64,000 bases of DNA from Camelus ferus (Eukaryota), in the NCBI RefSeq assembly GCF_009834535.1, contig NC_045707.1, positions 47,742,001-47,806,000 of the forward strand, written 5' to 3'. The notes under the pieces are model-generated. The model did no database searches. It saw only the letters and a program-made list of their open reading frames with translations, and was not told the origin of the DNA. This document shows, piece after piece, positions 1 through 13,476 of the stretch (its first letter is position 1; each line of letters begins with the position of its first letter). The translations under genes and the position numbers were made by a program.

Positions 1-3000
1 TAGTTAGCCAGTCAGCTGATGAACATTTTGAGGATGAATTTTATAGCTTGCGTTTCTCTTTGTCTCTTTTCCATCTTTAAAGAATTAAGGTACTTTAACA
101 AGCTGCTTTAAGGAACTAACCATATTGTAAAACATACTGTACTTTAAGAGTATCAGGCATTTTTCACTATAGGCAGGCCCTACACCTCGGAAAGACGTAT
201 GACATATGAAGGATGATCAGGGAAATGGAAAGATCTAAATCCTGAAATAACTCTCTTGATTGGATCCCCCATACCCTCCTCCCAGCAATTACTTGGCCCA
301 CAGGACTGATGCTTATCTAGCCAGAATCCAGCAGTGAAAAAATATAGTTCTTCCTAGGTCTGTTCAGGCTCATCTAGCTATTAATTTCCACTTTGGAGTT
401 CTTTTGTAATCATGCATGAGTGGTGTGTGAATTCCTCAGCGTTTAGAGTTTTCTGTGAATAAGGAACTCTGAGATCAGCTCTTACAAGTAGGTGAGCTGC
501 GGTGCAGTAATCCAGCTGCTGCTTGTCTTTGGGGTGTAGTATGCTTAGCTAATTCCTGTTGACTATAATTCTAACTGGGTGGCTCTTGTTAAATCTTTGA
601 GCAAAAGATGAAATCTTCAGGCCAAGGGCACACGGAGGAAAAATACTCTAACTATTCTTGACACTCTCCAGGTCTTAAAGCAAGAACTTGATTTATTTTT
701 TTAAACAAGATTTATAAGCTTTGCCGACTGATCTCCCCTCGAAGGCTGCGGTTGGAAACTCATCAGTATAGTAGAGACACTGCTTTTATCAAGCTGGACA
801 TTGTTCAAGGTTGTAATGCAGGATGAAGGAGAAGTAATGGATATCATGCTTTAAAGACATGTCTGACTGCTAGAAGATCATTCAGGTAGCAGCCCAGTAG
901 TAGATCTGCCCCAGTGATTTGTGGGATGGCATTCTTAAATGCTGGAGAGGAGTGAGATTTATAAAGGGGAAGGATTGTGTTTAACTGAATCTCCTAGAAT
1001 TCTTTTTAAAGCCCTAGGATGACTTGTTAGGGTGTGTACATGACAGAATAAATGCAAGTGTTTCTGAGACTCTAAGACTTTGTAAATAAGGGTATTTTAT
1101 GTAGATATAAAGAATCCGAGGTAGCAGGAATGGTAGGGGTTGGATAAAGAGTATCATAGGGCAGAAGTAAGTTAAAGAGTCTCCCTTTCCCTGTTTGAAT
1201 AATATTTATTGGTTTGAAATTATAATTGTGGGAGCTTTGGAGAAAACTTCAGACTCAAGAGCAAGGTGTCTGTTATAATACTCAACATAGCAATTTATGT
1301 CTATGAGGAGATGAGTCATTTTGGATTTTTGATTTCTAGAACACCACATTTGGTGACCCTGTTACAAACTTTGGGATATATATTGCACTCCATAATACAG
1401 CTACAACAGTTTGGATTTTTTAAAAATCAGAATCATCATATGCTGTAGCTCTTGGATTTGATCCATAATGCTTCCTAGTCTAACGGCAGTCTCTAGAGCC
1501 CAGAGCCCTGGGACTGATTCCAACCAAAGAGTAGGTCAGCCTTGGGAGAGAAAGAAGTTGTTGCCCAGATAGCCACAAATGGACATGAGAGAAGGGTAAA
1601 TAAATTGTAGGGTAAATAAATTCCAAGTCTCTTTATTAGGAAGGGGATGGTGAGTGGGCAGAAGGAGAAACTAGGCACAGGGCTGACATTTCCTGAGCAC
1701 TCACTCAATGTCTCACACATTATTAGATGCCTTAAGACATGAGTTCATCTAGTCCTCACTAAATCCTAAAGGTTTTATTATGTTCATTATTACAGATAGG
1801 GAAACTGAAGAGAGAGGTTAGGAAAACTGCCCAAAGCCACAAAGCATATGGTAATATTTGTTAACTCCCATGACTGACTCTGCCACAGGTAGGTATAATG
1901 TAGGTGAGTTGATTACAATAGATTAGTGTCTATTGTAGATCTATAACTGTTTAGATCAATGCACAATGGCCATGGGTGATCAAATCATTGTTTTCTGAAG
2001 CTTTGAAAAGTCAAAGTAGAGAATTCATGGAACCTTGATAATCAGAATTAGTCATACATCTTTGACTTCATTCATTCAACAAATATTTATTGAGCTCCAA
2101 CTACGTGCCAGGTCCTATGCTAGGTAATGGTACTGCAGCAGGAAATAAGCATAATGCAATTCTTGTCTTCATGAACTTACACTCTGGAAATAGTAGACTA
2201 GTAAAGGAATAAACACATTCAAGTCCACGAACAGGCTAGTTCAGTGAGTGGAACCATAATGTTATCCCAATATGCCAGGTTGCTGTGGGAACGAGATGTA
2301 CAAATAACCTAAATATTCTGGTTATCTTTATAAACCTTATCAAGAAGTGGATCTGGCCTCACTGCATGGCAAATCCCCAGATAAGGATGCCCACATTGAT
2401 GGATTGTTTCACCCACAGGTTAGCTGCCATAAAATAGTTCTCTTCATCCTTCCCTGTATACTACTTGACCTGTTGCTCCTTTAATTTTTTTTTTTTTTTT
2501 ACTAGTCTTTTCCTTTGGAGGACCTTGCTTGATTCCACTGATACTAAAAAGGGAACAGTAGAGCAGTTCAATAGATTTGTACCCCATCTCTATATAGGGT
2601 GACGGTAGTTTTTCAAGAAAAAGAATGGAGTTTTCTTCTTTTAAAGGTCACACTGTTTTGATTTAGAATGCTCTTAAAAACAAAGATGAATGAAAAAATA
2701 AAATTTTCAAGTGATTAATATAATAATATTTATTTTTAAAAATCTATCAAACAATACTGCATATTTTTAAAGGTACGTACATATGCAGAAAAACATCTAG
2801 AAGGAGACACAACAGACCTTGGGGAGAAATTTGGGATTGTAGTTGGTGGCCAAATGGGATTTTGTCTGATTCATGCTATTATATTATTTTACCTGGAGAA
2901 TGTATTCACATATTATTTTTATACTAAAAAAAGAATAATGTGAAAAGAGGTAAATTTAATGGAGACCAGCGAGGAAATTGTTGTAATATCCAGAAATGAG

Positions 3001-3029
3001 ATGATTAGGATCTGAAATAAAAATGAAGA

Positions 3030-3285
3030 CAGTATAGCCTAGTTATTGAAAACAAGGGTTCTGATTCCAGACTGCTCGGGCTTGAATTTCGGCTCTCACA
3101 CTCACCAGCTATGTGTCAACTGGGTAAATTACCTCACTTATCTGTGTCATGGCCACTTCATCTATGAATGAATATGCAAAAAATAGCACCTACTCATATA
3201 GTTGTTGTGATAATTAAATGACTTAGTACATGAGAAGTGCTTAGGACAATGGTACATTGTAAGACCTCTGTAAATACTAGCTACG
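3030..3285 (+). mobile_element. MIR SINE
   Basis: ccagactgc..gggcttgaatttcggctc...gggtaaattacctc...ttgttgtgataattaaatga...aagtgcttag. Confidence 0.8.
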
Positions 3286-4697
3286 ATTTTATGGGGAATA
3301 GACAGGACTGGGCTGGGGGGAGTGGGAAGAGTGATGAATAACTGAAGGGGCTAGTACCTTGGATACCAGATTGATGTTGAATATCTTGTCAGGTCTTGTG
3401 AGTCATCATGCTTTTATGACCATCACTTCCCACTGATTGCCCTGAGGTCACAGGGGTATAGAACATCATAATGACTCTCAGTAATTCTATGGCTGATACT
3501 GGAAGTTGCTTTTCTAATCATGAATTGCAATCTGGAATGAGATGGTCACATCACTTAGCCTCCTGTCTAGTTCTCTAATTAGTATGTTGGTAACCATGTC
3601 ACTTATCTTTGATGATTCGAATTTTTTTTAATTAATAATGTGATGATACACATTTCAACAGATATAAAATGCCTCTTTCCCACTTTCTCCTGCATTTTCT
3701 ATTGCATTTTCAGTCTCTGATAAATCTGCTTCTCTGGATAATGTTGTGGGAAAACAAGACAGGTCAAAGGAAAAACTTATTACCTCTCAGGGCCCATTTG
3801 TGTTAAAACACAAAGATAAATATCACTCAAGGGATAGTAGCAGGAGGGGAGACTCTGGCACACTGCCTACTTCTCTGAATTATTTTAAGGATCCAGTGAG
3901 GAAGAGTATGCTTTGAGAAAATATAAAACTGTATACACATTAGTATTTAATCTGTTGGCTTCTTATTTGTCATTTTTTTCCTACACTGTGTGAAAACACT
4001 GTATTCTAGATTGCTGCATTTTAAATAAACAGCATTCATGGAGTTAATATTTCTCTATAGTTTTGTCTACCTGCCTCACCTTTGAGTTTTCTGACTATTG
4101 AGTAATTATTTAAACCGTGACATTTTATTTCTTTAAATTTTTAGGACTCTGATATGCTAATTGCCAAATCTTTGGAAAAGGACAAACATTTCATTTAGAT
4201 GTTATTCTTCCTTTTCTACCCAATGTATATCTACACATTTTTTTCCTTATTATGAACCTAAATGAAGTTTTGATGACATGAAGGCCTTTTCATCTGTGCT
4301 TGGGAAACTCTTTGAACCTTTCCTGGAGGTCTTAATTTGGCTTTTAGTTGCCTTGATTTGGGTCAGAATCTAGACCCTTGTTTAGCCTCTTAGATAAGTC
4401 TGTAATAATCTACAAACTATAGCCATAATTTAGCTCCTTTTTCTATGCTGGCCTATATTCCAGGTCATAATGACTATCTGTTTCCTACCATAAGAAAAAA
4501 AAATGCTTCTCTTAACTACTGATTTTTGTCTTATTGTTATTTGTAATCCAGGAGTTTTTACATGTTTCTGGGCTTTTCCTTATAATGGATTTTTCTCATT
4601 TATATATCAGAAAAACATCTTAATATGTTACTATGAATTTAAAATTTGATTCTCAAGTGAGAAGATACTGATATTTTGGGAAATTCTAAAATGTGCT

Positions 4698-4770
4698 TTT
4701 TTAAAATAACACTTTATTGAGGTATAATTGGCATACAGTAAACTGTATACATTTCAAATGCTCAATTTAA
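4698..4770 (-). mobile_element. Short L1M 3' end fragment
   Basis: ctttattgaggtataattggcatacagtaaactgtatacattt matches L1MB-like 3' termini. Confidence 0.65.
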
Positions 4771-4869
4771 AACCAGCTTTTGAGTACTAAACTTCAATTC
4801 ATTTTTTACAGAACCTCCGATTTAGGTACCAGACTATCTTTCTCCTTGTTTTCAAAACCAAGCTGGTAA

Positions 4870-5465
4870 AGGGCACTGTCATAACTCACTTTCCTGATAC
4901 TTGTCTTTTAGTAAAATCCATTCTCAGTTCCTCTCGATCAGGCTTCTGTTCTCATTCCTCAGGTAAAATTGCTGTGGTAAACTCCATTACCAAATCCAGT
5001 GGACATTTTCTAGTCTTTTCTTACGTGGATTCTTTGTGACATTTGCCACCGTTGATCATTATGTACCATCTTGAAAGTGTCAACTTTCTTGGCATCCACA
5101 AGGACACACTCTGCTGGTCTCCCTCCTACCACTGGCACGGTCCCTTCTCAGCCTCCTTTGTCTACCTGCCCCTGAAGTGGTAGAGGTAATGCCACGGCTC
5201 TGCCCTTTGTTTCTCATCTTCTCAATCTCTGCACTCTCCCTGAGTGGACTCGTGCACTCAACTTGTTAGTCATAATGAACGGATGTTGACAAGTTACAGA
5301 TGAATGATTTCAGCCTAGACTCCTTTCTAACAGCAGACCCATACACACATAAACTGCCTGTTGGACATTTCTACCTGCGTATACCATAGGCATACAGATT
5401 TCAGATTTTTTAAAACTCACTTCATTATCATCCTTTCAAAACCTTTCTCTTCCTTCTCTATTCCT
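4870..5465 (+). mobile_element. L2 LINE fragment
   Basis: ccaaatccagtggacatttt, ttcttggcatccac, cttctcagcctcctttg and ctgcctgttggacatttctacctg motifs. Confidence 0.8.
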
Positions 5466-5739
5466 TGGCCAAAGAGTTAGAAGCTTACAGTGTTTGCTGG
5501 GGAAACAATGTATGAGTGCATGAAGTAATCGCTAACAAGTTTGTGTTGTTTATGTCAGTTTGGTGTAATGAAGCAGCAAAGGACTCAGTAGTACTATACA
5601 ACCATTAGGGGAGAGAACCTTAGAGACTAAATTCCTAGTGTTGGGGAAGAGCTGATGGATGCAAAGAGTATTCAGAAAAGTGAGAATATCAAAGTGAGTC
5701 AGGAATTGTCAAGAAAGCCTTCACAGAGCCCATGCAACT

Positions 5740-6060
5740 TCATTCCTTCATTTATTCAACAACCACTTGTTGAGAATTTTCCATGTATTGTGAATCTTAT
5801 GTTCTGGAGAAGCATCAATGGAGAAGAGGCAAGACTCTTGTTCTCATGAAGCGTATATTCTACCAGGAAGAATCAGACAATGAATATGTAAAACTCTAAT
5901 AAAAATATAACTTCAGACAGAGATAAATACTACTAAAAAATTAACAGAGTAGTGAACTAGAAAATGATAGAAGGGTTGGGGGTGGATTCCATTAGACATT
6001 GTGATGAGGGAAGCTTCTGAGGTGTGACATTTGAACTGTTTGTTGAATGAGTAAATGAAT
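5740..6060 (-). mobile_element. L2 3' fragment
   Basis: cattccttcatttattcaacaaccacttgttgag...gggaagcttctgaggtgtgacatttgaac. Confidence 0.7.
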
Positions 6061-8338
6061 CTTCCTTTCTTCCTCGGCTCTGAAGAGAAAAAACGTTTAA
6101 AAACCAAATTGAACCATTAAAAGGAACCCACAGAGTGGGTTTCATGCACTGAGTTTTTTAGAATCTTTCCAATAAATCTGGAACAAATGTTTCTCTGTTT
6201 CACTTTCTTTTCTTTGACATTTGAGATAAGACTTACTGGACATTTCTTTCTCAACCAAATACTGTTTTTGTGCTTGCAATGCTGAGAAAACAGAAAAATT
6301 CTGAGTGAGGAGGCCCCTCTTTGTAGTGTCTGAAGTGGAAAATCCTTAGCAATGAACAAACTTTGGTCTCCTATTTATCTTTTATGGTATCCCCAGATCC
6401 TACAGTTTCTCCAGCATAGGAAGAAAAAAGAGAACTATTTATAAGTGGCGTCTTAAATGTATATTCAGGGAATTGAATTCAGGAAGCTGGTTTCTGGGAA
6501 AACAGCAATAGCTAAGACAAATTCATGTAAAGGTCTTTATCTTCCAGTAGAAGGAAACAGACAATAAACAAATAAACAAAAATAAAGTGCCAGATAGTGA
6601 TAAATACTATTAATAAAGGGGAGGAGGGTAAAAGGATAGAAAATAATGGAGGAGAAAGAGTTTTAGAAGGTATCTCTTGGGAGGTAATATTTGAGTGGAG
6701 ACGTGAGAAGGTACCAGTAATAAGAGGGAGAAGCAAACTAGGAGGGTCAGCAAATCAGTCAGCCAAGAGTCTGGTTTATTCAGCAGATGGATAATTTCTC
6801 ATTTCCATACTTTGCTATTTATACCACACTACTTTCACAAACATGACATTTAGACCAGAAAGGGAAGTCCATTTGGCCTGTAGACCTCTTATGTGAAGGG
6901 AAATTTTTTTTCCTAAAGTTGTCTCATCATCTTGAATGAACTGATGTCCTCAAAAAATGCATACTCAATTCTCTTGTTGGAGACAAGATTCGTAAAGAGC
7001 TGAATTTTTTTTAGTTATAGTTTTGCTATGGTAGCAGCAGGAGGATAAAAAGAACTACATGCAAAACTGGTCCTTTATGGTCTCATTGACTTTAAATTCA
7101 GTGAAATTTAATGTAAGAGCATGAATGTGTACTTAACGTTGGTAGAGGGGAGGAGGGAGAACGTCATTCCTGAAGGTTTCATTTCCCAAGCTCATGTCTC
7201 TGCTCCACCATCAGAAAGCCCACAATTTCCCTTGGGGGTTATAACTTTTCACGTGGAATAAGGAAAAAGAACTAAGACTAGCTACCATTGAAGAGAAGCC
7301 AGAAACCATCGGTATTTGGTTTTCATTGTTTCTGGTTTCTGTTTGAAGATGCTCACTCTTGGAGAACACATAATGCTGACCTGGGGAATTTCTGCTTGAG
7401 GCTTTCGAATTACCCAGATGAGCTGGCTTATGAGACGAAATCTTTTCTTTAAAAGGCGTTTTAGGAAGAAAATAGGATTTAAAGTCAGAGCCGGGGAGTT
7501 AAGTCCTGTCCCCATTTTACTTGGTGTGTGGCTTTCAGTGAGTCACAGAACTCATTTTCCAGGACAGTGAGGACCAGACAATGAGTCTGGTGTTTGGTAC
7601 TTGCAAAGCACGTTGAAAATACTGCTTATTGGCTGTTATTGTTCCGATTATCATTGTTTTTATTCTCTTGGTAGATTTCTCTTCCAATGACTCATTTTCT
7701 CCAAGAGACTTGATAATTTGAGAGTTTTCATACCATCCTTGTTTTGAAGGAGTGTGTTCTAATTAATTCAATACAGCAAATATTTAAACTTAAAAAAAAA
7801 AGAAAATTACATATTAGAAGGGGCTAACAGGACAGGTGTGGCATTAATTTAGTCTAATGTAAGTTGAAGAAAGAGCCAGAAAGAGAGCATTAGTCAAGAG
7901 TTAAAGGAATATAACAGAGGGTCTGAAGGATGAATTCTGTCAGGGGGAACCAACAAAAAGACTCCATGGAGAAGTGGTGGCATAGAGAAAACTCAGTTAC
8001 TTTTACAGAGGTAAAACAGACGGAGCAAGGCCCTGGCCTGGGATTGGCCTGAACCCCTGTGTAGGGGCGGGCACAGGACAGAGTGGGCAGGACATCCAGA
8101 GCAGCATGTACAATCTGTCTGGTAAGCATGGCAGCAGCCAGTATGTGATTTTCCAGTAAACTGTCAACATCAGAGGGCTGAGAGCAGGGAAGAAGGGCAA
8201 GTCCCCACAGGCCCAGTGACAGGGGCACAGGGGTGAGTGATAATGTAACAGCTCCTGGCAGCCAGGCAGCAGCTAATCAGGACCAGAAAATCTGGCATGA
8301 GTAGCAGGGTCTCAGAAAGCTTTCTTGTCATCACCCCA

Positions 8339-8339
<1 letters not shown>

Positions 8340-8389
<50 letters not shown>
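8340..8389. repeat. (CA)25 perfect microsatellite
   Basis: Direct count of 50 bp of uninterrupted CA. Confidence 0.97.
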
Positions 8390-8391
<2 letters not shown>

Positions 8392-8439
8392 CCCCCACTC
8401 TTCCTTCCATTGGAGGTTATAACTATTTATCAAACATAG

Positions 8440-8620
8440 ATGCTAGAGTCAGAAGGCCTGGTTTGAGTCCTGGTTCCACCATTTATTGGCTGTGTGACCT
8501 TGGGCAAATTTCTCAAACCCTCTGTAACATAGGTCTACTGCTGGAAGGAGTAAGTGATAAATGAGACTATGTTTAGGAAGTGTCGCAGAGCCTGGCACAT
8601 AACAAATACTCAATAAATAG
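8440..8620 (+). mobile_element. MIR SINE
   Basis: gagtcagaaggcctgggtttgagtcctgg...tgtgtgaccttgggcaa...gcctggcacata. Confidence 0.8.
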
Positions 8621-8869
8621 GATGCATGAAAATAAAACCAGGGCTAGAGCCAAAACTGGACTCACACAGGAGATTTAAGATGATTCTCACAACAAAGATG
8701 TACTTGAACCTGGAGCAGTGGCAAGTGTTAGCTAATGCTGTATCTCAGAGGATGAGATGACTTACCTTTTGTTTGGTCTGCCTGACTCAGGGTGGGTCTG
8801 TAGATTGGCACAGGGTTGCACTTCCTGTGAGGGTCAGGGAAAGGGATGCAGAGACTGGAACTTGCAGGT

Positions 8870-9420
8870 GTATAGTATGCTGCCAGGCAAAAGTATGAGC
8901 ATTCTAGAATTAAGAGAGGGTGCAGCAGGGGCAAAAGCACATGGAAAGCTATGTGAAGCCAGAAAATAAGGGCTGAGGGGTGAGTGGGTCATTAGGAAGT
9001 GGAATCAGTGATCCCACCAAGAGGTCCCAATGTAAATTCCAGAAAGTTGGAGGTTGGCTGAAAAGATAAGCAGGATTGAATGAGAGGTCTTCAGGAGCGG
9101 GGAGACTTGAGTCAATTGTTAGTTTAGGAATAGATGGTGGAAGTGAGGGAGAAATTAAATGAATGAGAGAGTGTGATTGGTGGAACAAGTTTATGAAAGA
9201 GAGAGGAAGAGCGGGATCATGTGGTTAGGGGGAGTTACTTTTGGAATGAAGGAGGCATTCTTCTTCAAAAATGGAGGGTGAAGATGTAGAGAAATAGTGA
9301 GATAGGGAAGAGAGAAGTTGAGGAAGTCTTTCTGGTGGCCTCGGTCTCAGAGAAAAATAAGACAGAGTCATCTTGAAGGGAGGGTGGGGGACGTATGTGA
9401 GGCAGCGGCTTAAGGAAAAG
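8870..9420 (-). mobile_element. L2 LINE internal fragment
   Basis: Purine-rich antisense L2 text: gagaggtcttcaggag, tttaggaatagatggtggaagtgagggagaa, gaatgaaggagg. Confidence 0.6.
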
Positions 9421-9812
9421 GTGCCAAATAGTGACTGGGGAATTTGGTAGGAAGCTGACTGGAGATGAATCACTCCACTGTGACTTCTGCATATCTGGAA
9501 TGCACCTACCCAGGCTGCCTCAAATGGAAACTGCAAGTTGCCTATACTGATGGCCTCAGACAGCAAAACCAAGCTCATCCTCCCCACTCCAGCTGACACA
9601 AATTGCTTGCACCCACTGTCCCCACTTCCCACCACAGAGCCTCCCCTCCACATGCACTCCCCTCTGCAGACCCTGCTCTCAGAGGTCGCCCAGGCAACCT
9701 GGAAACACTGCTGCCTTTTCTCAGTTCTCGTTCTTACTGCTGTCCCTTTTTTTCCTCAAAACATTCTCCCTTGCCCTCTCTCCCTTTCTCTGTCCTTGAT
9801 GTTTTTGTTCAG

Positions 9813-9955
9813 ACCAGTCTTTCTCAAATGTGCATACAGATCACCTAGGGAATTTTGGTAAAATGCAGAGCATAATTCTGGAAGTCCTCTGTGGGGCCTG
9901 AGAATCCCCATTTGTAACAAGCTCCCAGGTGATGCTGATGCTGAGGGTCCTTGTG
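9813..9955. mobile_element. MER5A-like hAT MITE
   Basis: tttctcaaa...atcacctaggga...aaaatgcaga...ggggcctgagaatc..cattt.taacaagctcccaggtgatgctgatgctg. Confidence 0.85.
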
Positions 9956-12589
9956 CCAATTCCATGACACTTACCTGATTTTGTCCTACAGCACAGCTAT
10001 ATCGATGCTGTATCTCCGCCTATATTTTGAGGGTCGCATTAGTATCTTTCTACATCTTTGTATCTTCTCAAGTGCCTTGTGCATTGTCTTATTGCTGGTC
10101 CCCAGTAAATTCGTGTGGGATTCATGACATAATGCTTAAAACTTCTACTTTGTGTCTGACTGGGCTTATATACAGGGCTTGCCTTCTCCAGTGTCTTTCC
10201 TTTGTTAGTATTTTATCTCACTTCCACTAAAATATGTAACCTCAACCCTGGGCGCAATATGTAACTGAAAGGAATCTCCATACTAAAACGTTAATAATTC
10301 GAAGTATTACTTATCTCAAGAATATTTGAAAGAAAAAGATCCCCAGAGATCAGTGTTTAGCATATATGATAGACCATAGCCTATGCAATGTGTCTCGTGT
10401 TCCTCTAGGTAATTAATTTCATAGTATCTTGCTGAGTAACAGCTCTCCTGGGTATATTTGAACCATGGGAGAGGTGTCCCCACCACAGAATGTTATTTAG
10501 AACGTTCGTAAACTGGAAATCCATTATCTACACGTTAGAATTGTGTGGACAATTACAATCTTCTCTTGCCTTTGCTTCGGAATAACCACTCACTCACCTG
10601 GTAACCTGGAAGTGGGTATTTTGTGATTTAGGATTCACAATTTCCCACCTTCCCACTGTCCTGGAACTTCAGTGAGCATGCTGATTTTAGTTCCATGGTC
10701 CACATAGCATCATGTAGTATGTTCAGTCTTGGAAAAGGGAAAAAAAAATCCCTTCTGATCCTTCCCAGTGCAGTTGCTGTCTCTGTTCCACCCATGCTTC
10801 TCCACGGGGCTTGTGCCACTTCCCACTGCAGTTACTGCTTTTGAGAATTGATGGACCTTACAGTCAATGCATAGCCAGCTCCCGACCTGTGGCTCCACAT
10901 CAACCAATTCTCATAATGCTGGAAAGAGAGGGAGAAATCAGTTCATTTGACGCAGGAGGTCACATTTTAGTTTTCTTTATCATCCAAATTATGGCTTGCC
11001 AGAGGGACATGTCTGACCCTCTGTGAGCCTCTTTTATCCAAGTGTCTGTCGGCCCACTCAGTTCTCCAGCCTCTGCTCCTCTCTGTGATACATACACACC
11101 TCTATGACAGTAATGGCACAGAGGAACTGGGTTCTCATGGTGGGATTCCGAAACCTGTAACACTCAAGCAGTAAGGACATACTTGAACAGAAGAGGTCTT
11201 CCCAGACCCTTGAACCTGTGCCACGTAGCCAGTCATTCCCTACGCCTGTGCCTAAACTGCACCCTGAACAGAGGAGGTCATCTCACTGAATGAATCATAA
11301 CTTTGGGATCTCCTTCGTCAGAGTAGCCTCATGTAGGTACAATAAAATTTCTGAATGTGGCTCTTTCCCAGGCTACTTACATCCTCCCACCTTGAACCAC
11401 TGATGTTCAGAACAACATGTGATGCAGTATGTCAGGCACTTTGCCAATAGAGTATCATGGATTGAGACAGAGAGGCCCTCAGAACTTTCTTCTTTAGAGA
11501 TTCCTTGCTGATCATCTCAGTCCTCCACTGTTTGCCTTAGTTTTTATTCTGGCCACTTTAGTAACCATTTGCCCTCACACAAAACACATGCATCTTTGTA
11601 CATCAACATCACACCTTATTCTCTCTGTAGAGGAGGGGTACGCTGTTACTCAGCCACTTAAAAGGACCTGTCTTAAAAAAGGACTTGTTCAGGGTGTGGC
11701 CAAAGGTGTGTCTGAAGCCCTAGAAATTGTAGGTAGAGAGTATTTCATGGGATGTTTGAAGGATGCTGCCTGGGGAAATTATTAGGAGTCTGGAGCAATA
11801 ATTATCATGTAGGCTATTTCAGAAATTAACTTAATGTAAAAATTGATGTCATCTGACTTGCTTAAGTGTAAGGAAGGACTGGGAGCCAATGGGCCCAAAT
11901 TTGGCTTCAATTACCCTTTTAAGTCAGTGGGTGTGGCAAGTGCTTATCTAATCGTGGTAGTTGGACCAGTGCGTTTGTATATTCAGGGCTTTGTAATGAG
12001 ATTCAATGGTTATCTATGTTCTGTACTCTTCCCCACAGACTGCAAAAACACCCTTTGCTCAACCCTGTCTAATCGCTGCAAGTGTCAACAGTCAAAGTGA
12101 ATGTCAGAATGTAAGTTTATGGGGCAGTAACCCTGCCTGTTGGTATAAAAGAGCTATTCCCAGAAAAAAGAATTAGGTAATCATGTGATTTTCAATCTGA
12201 CTGAGAGCACCTCAGTGGTTTGGTGATCCCAGATCCCCAAATCATGACCTTTTGGTCACGTTAGTAGTCAGTGTAGGAGTGAGGGGTAGGTGGGAAGGTT
12301 GCAGCTGATGGTTGTTTAATGCATAGAACATGAGTCTCAGTCTTCTCTCTTTCAAGGTCAGACTTAAATCCCAAAGTCTGGTGTCTCTGTCCACCAAAAC
12401 ACTTAGTGGTCACTCCCTAAATTAAGGTCTATTTATTTAAACATTTACCAAATATCTCTTAAGTTCTAGATGCCAGATTAGACCATAAAGAATCAAAGGT
12501 AAAAAGATATGAGACCTAGCTTTAGGAGTTCTCTAGCTAATTCTGAATCTCTGTACCACAGTTTGGAATGTGATTTACAAACCTAGCTA

Positions 12590-12770
12590 CTCAGTGGACT
12601 CACCACTGTAGCTTTTAAAAATGCTGATGCCTGGATCTCTCCCCAGATATGTCAAATCAGAATTTCTGGGACTGGGGCCCCAAACTTTGTAATTAACAAC
12701 TTCTCAAGACAATTCTTATGCAGCCAGCTCTGTGAAACTCTGCAGATCTGAGTTTGGGGACCACTCACTT
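12590..12770. mobile_element. MER5-like hAT MITE
   Basis: agcttttaaaaatgctgatgcctgg...aaatcagaatttctggg...gagtttggggaccact. Confidence 0.7.
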
Positions 12771-13269
12771 GTATTGCTTTTTGATACATAGCAATGTTAT
12801 TATATGTATTTTATTAATTGTTTTATATGCCAAGCTCATGCAACCTGATTTAAACTTTGAAGAACTATGACTTCTTCTATTCTCAAAGTCAATCACAGTA
12901 TGTTTAGGCCTTTAATAAATCTGTGAGTGCAAGCAAGAATTTTTTGGAGTTTTTTTGAAAATGCTGACATCAGGTCCTCACTCCATACCAATTAAGTTAG
13001 AGACTCTACACATTGAGTCCTGGGTATTGACATTTTAAAGAAAGAAATTCTCCAATTGATTCTGATATGAATCCAGAGTAGACACCCATTAGAATAAATG
13101 TTTGCCACTGATGAGAATGAACATCACAGAATTGTTATCTTCCTGGAACCAGCTTGTACCTTTTGATAATTCCTTCCATTTGTATGGTTATTTTCAGTGT
13201 TCAGAGTGCTTTCATCTGTCTGCATAAATCTTGTGTCCCCCTGGAAGAGACCTCGGAGATGGTTTATGC

Positions 13270-13476
13270 CAGGGGTCAGCAACATTTCTTGTACAGGACT
13301 GAACAGTAAATGTTGTAGGCTTTGTGAACCATATGTCACAACTACTCTGCCTCCGTAGAATGGAAGCAGCCATGGGAATATGTAAAGAAACAGGTGTGGG
13401 TGTGTGCCAGTAAACTTTATTTACAAAACAGGCTGGAGCTGGATTTGACCTGTAGGCTGTTATTAGCTAACCACTG
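13270..13476. mobile_element. MER58A-like hAT MITE
   Basis: TIRs caggggtcagcaa / tagctaaccactg; internal gtaaatgttgtaggctttgtg and taaactttatttacaaaacagg. Confidence 0.85.

Noticed and set aside
7295..7339. Imperfect hairpin gaagccagaaaccat...attgtttctggtttc as a pre-miRNA
   Set aside because: The stem is only about 15 bp with a mismatch, too short for a Drosha substrate, and I recognise no known miRNA.
8170..8564. ORFs with VCVCVC / HTHTHT runs (also near 45742-46176 and 54728-54964)
   Set aside because: These are translations of CA/TG microsatellites.
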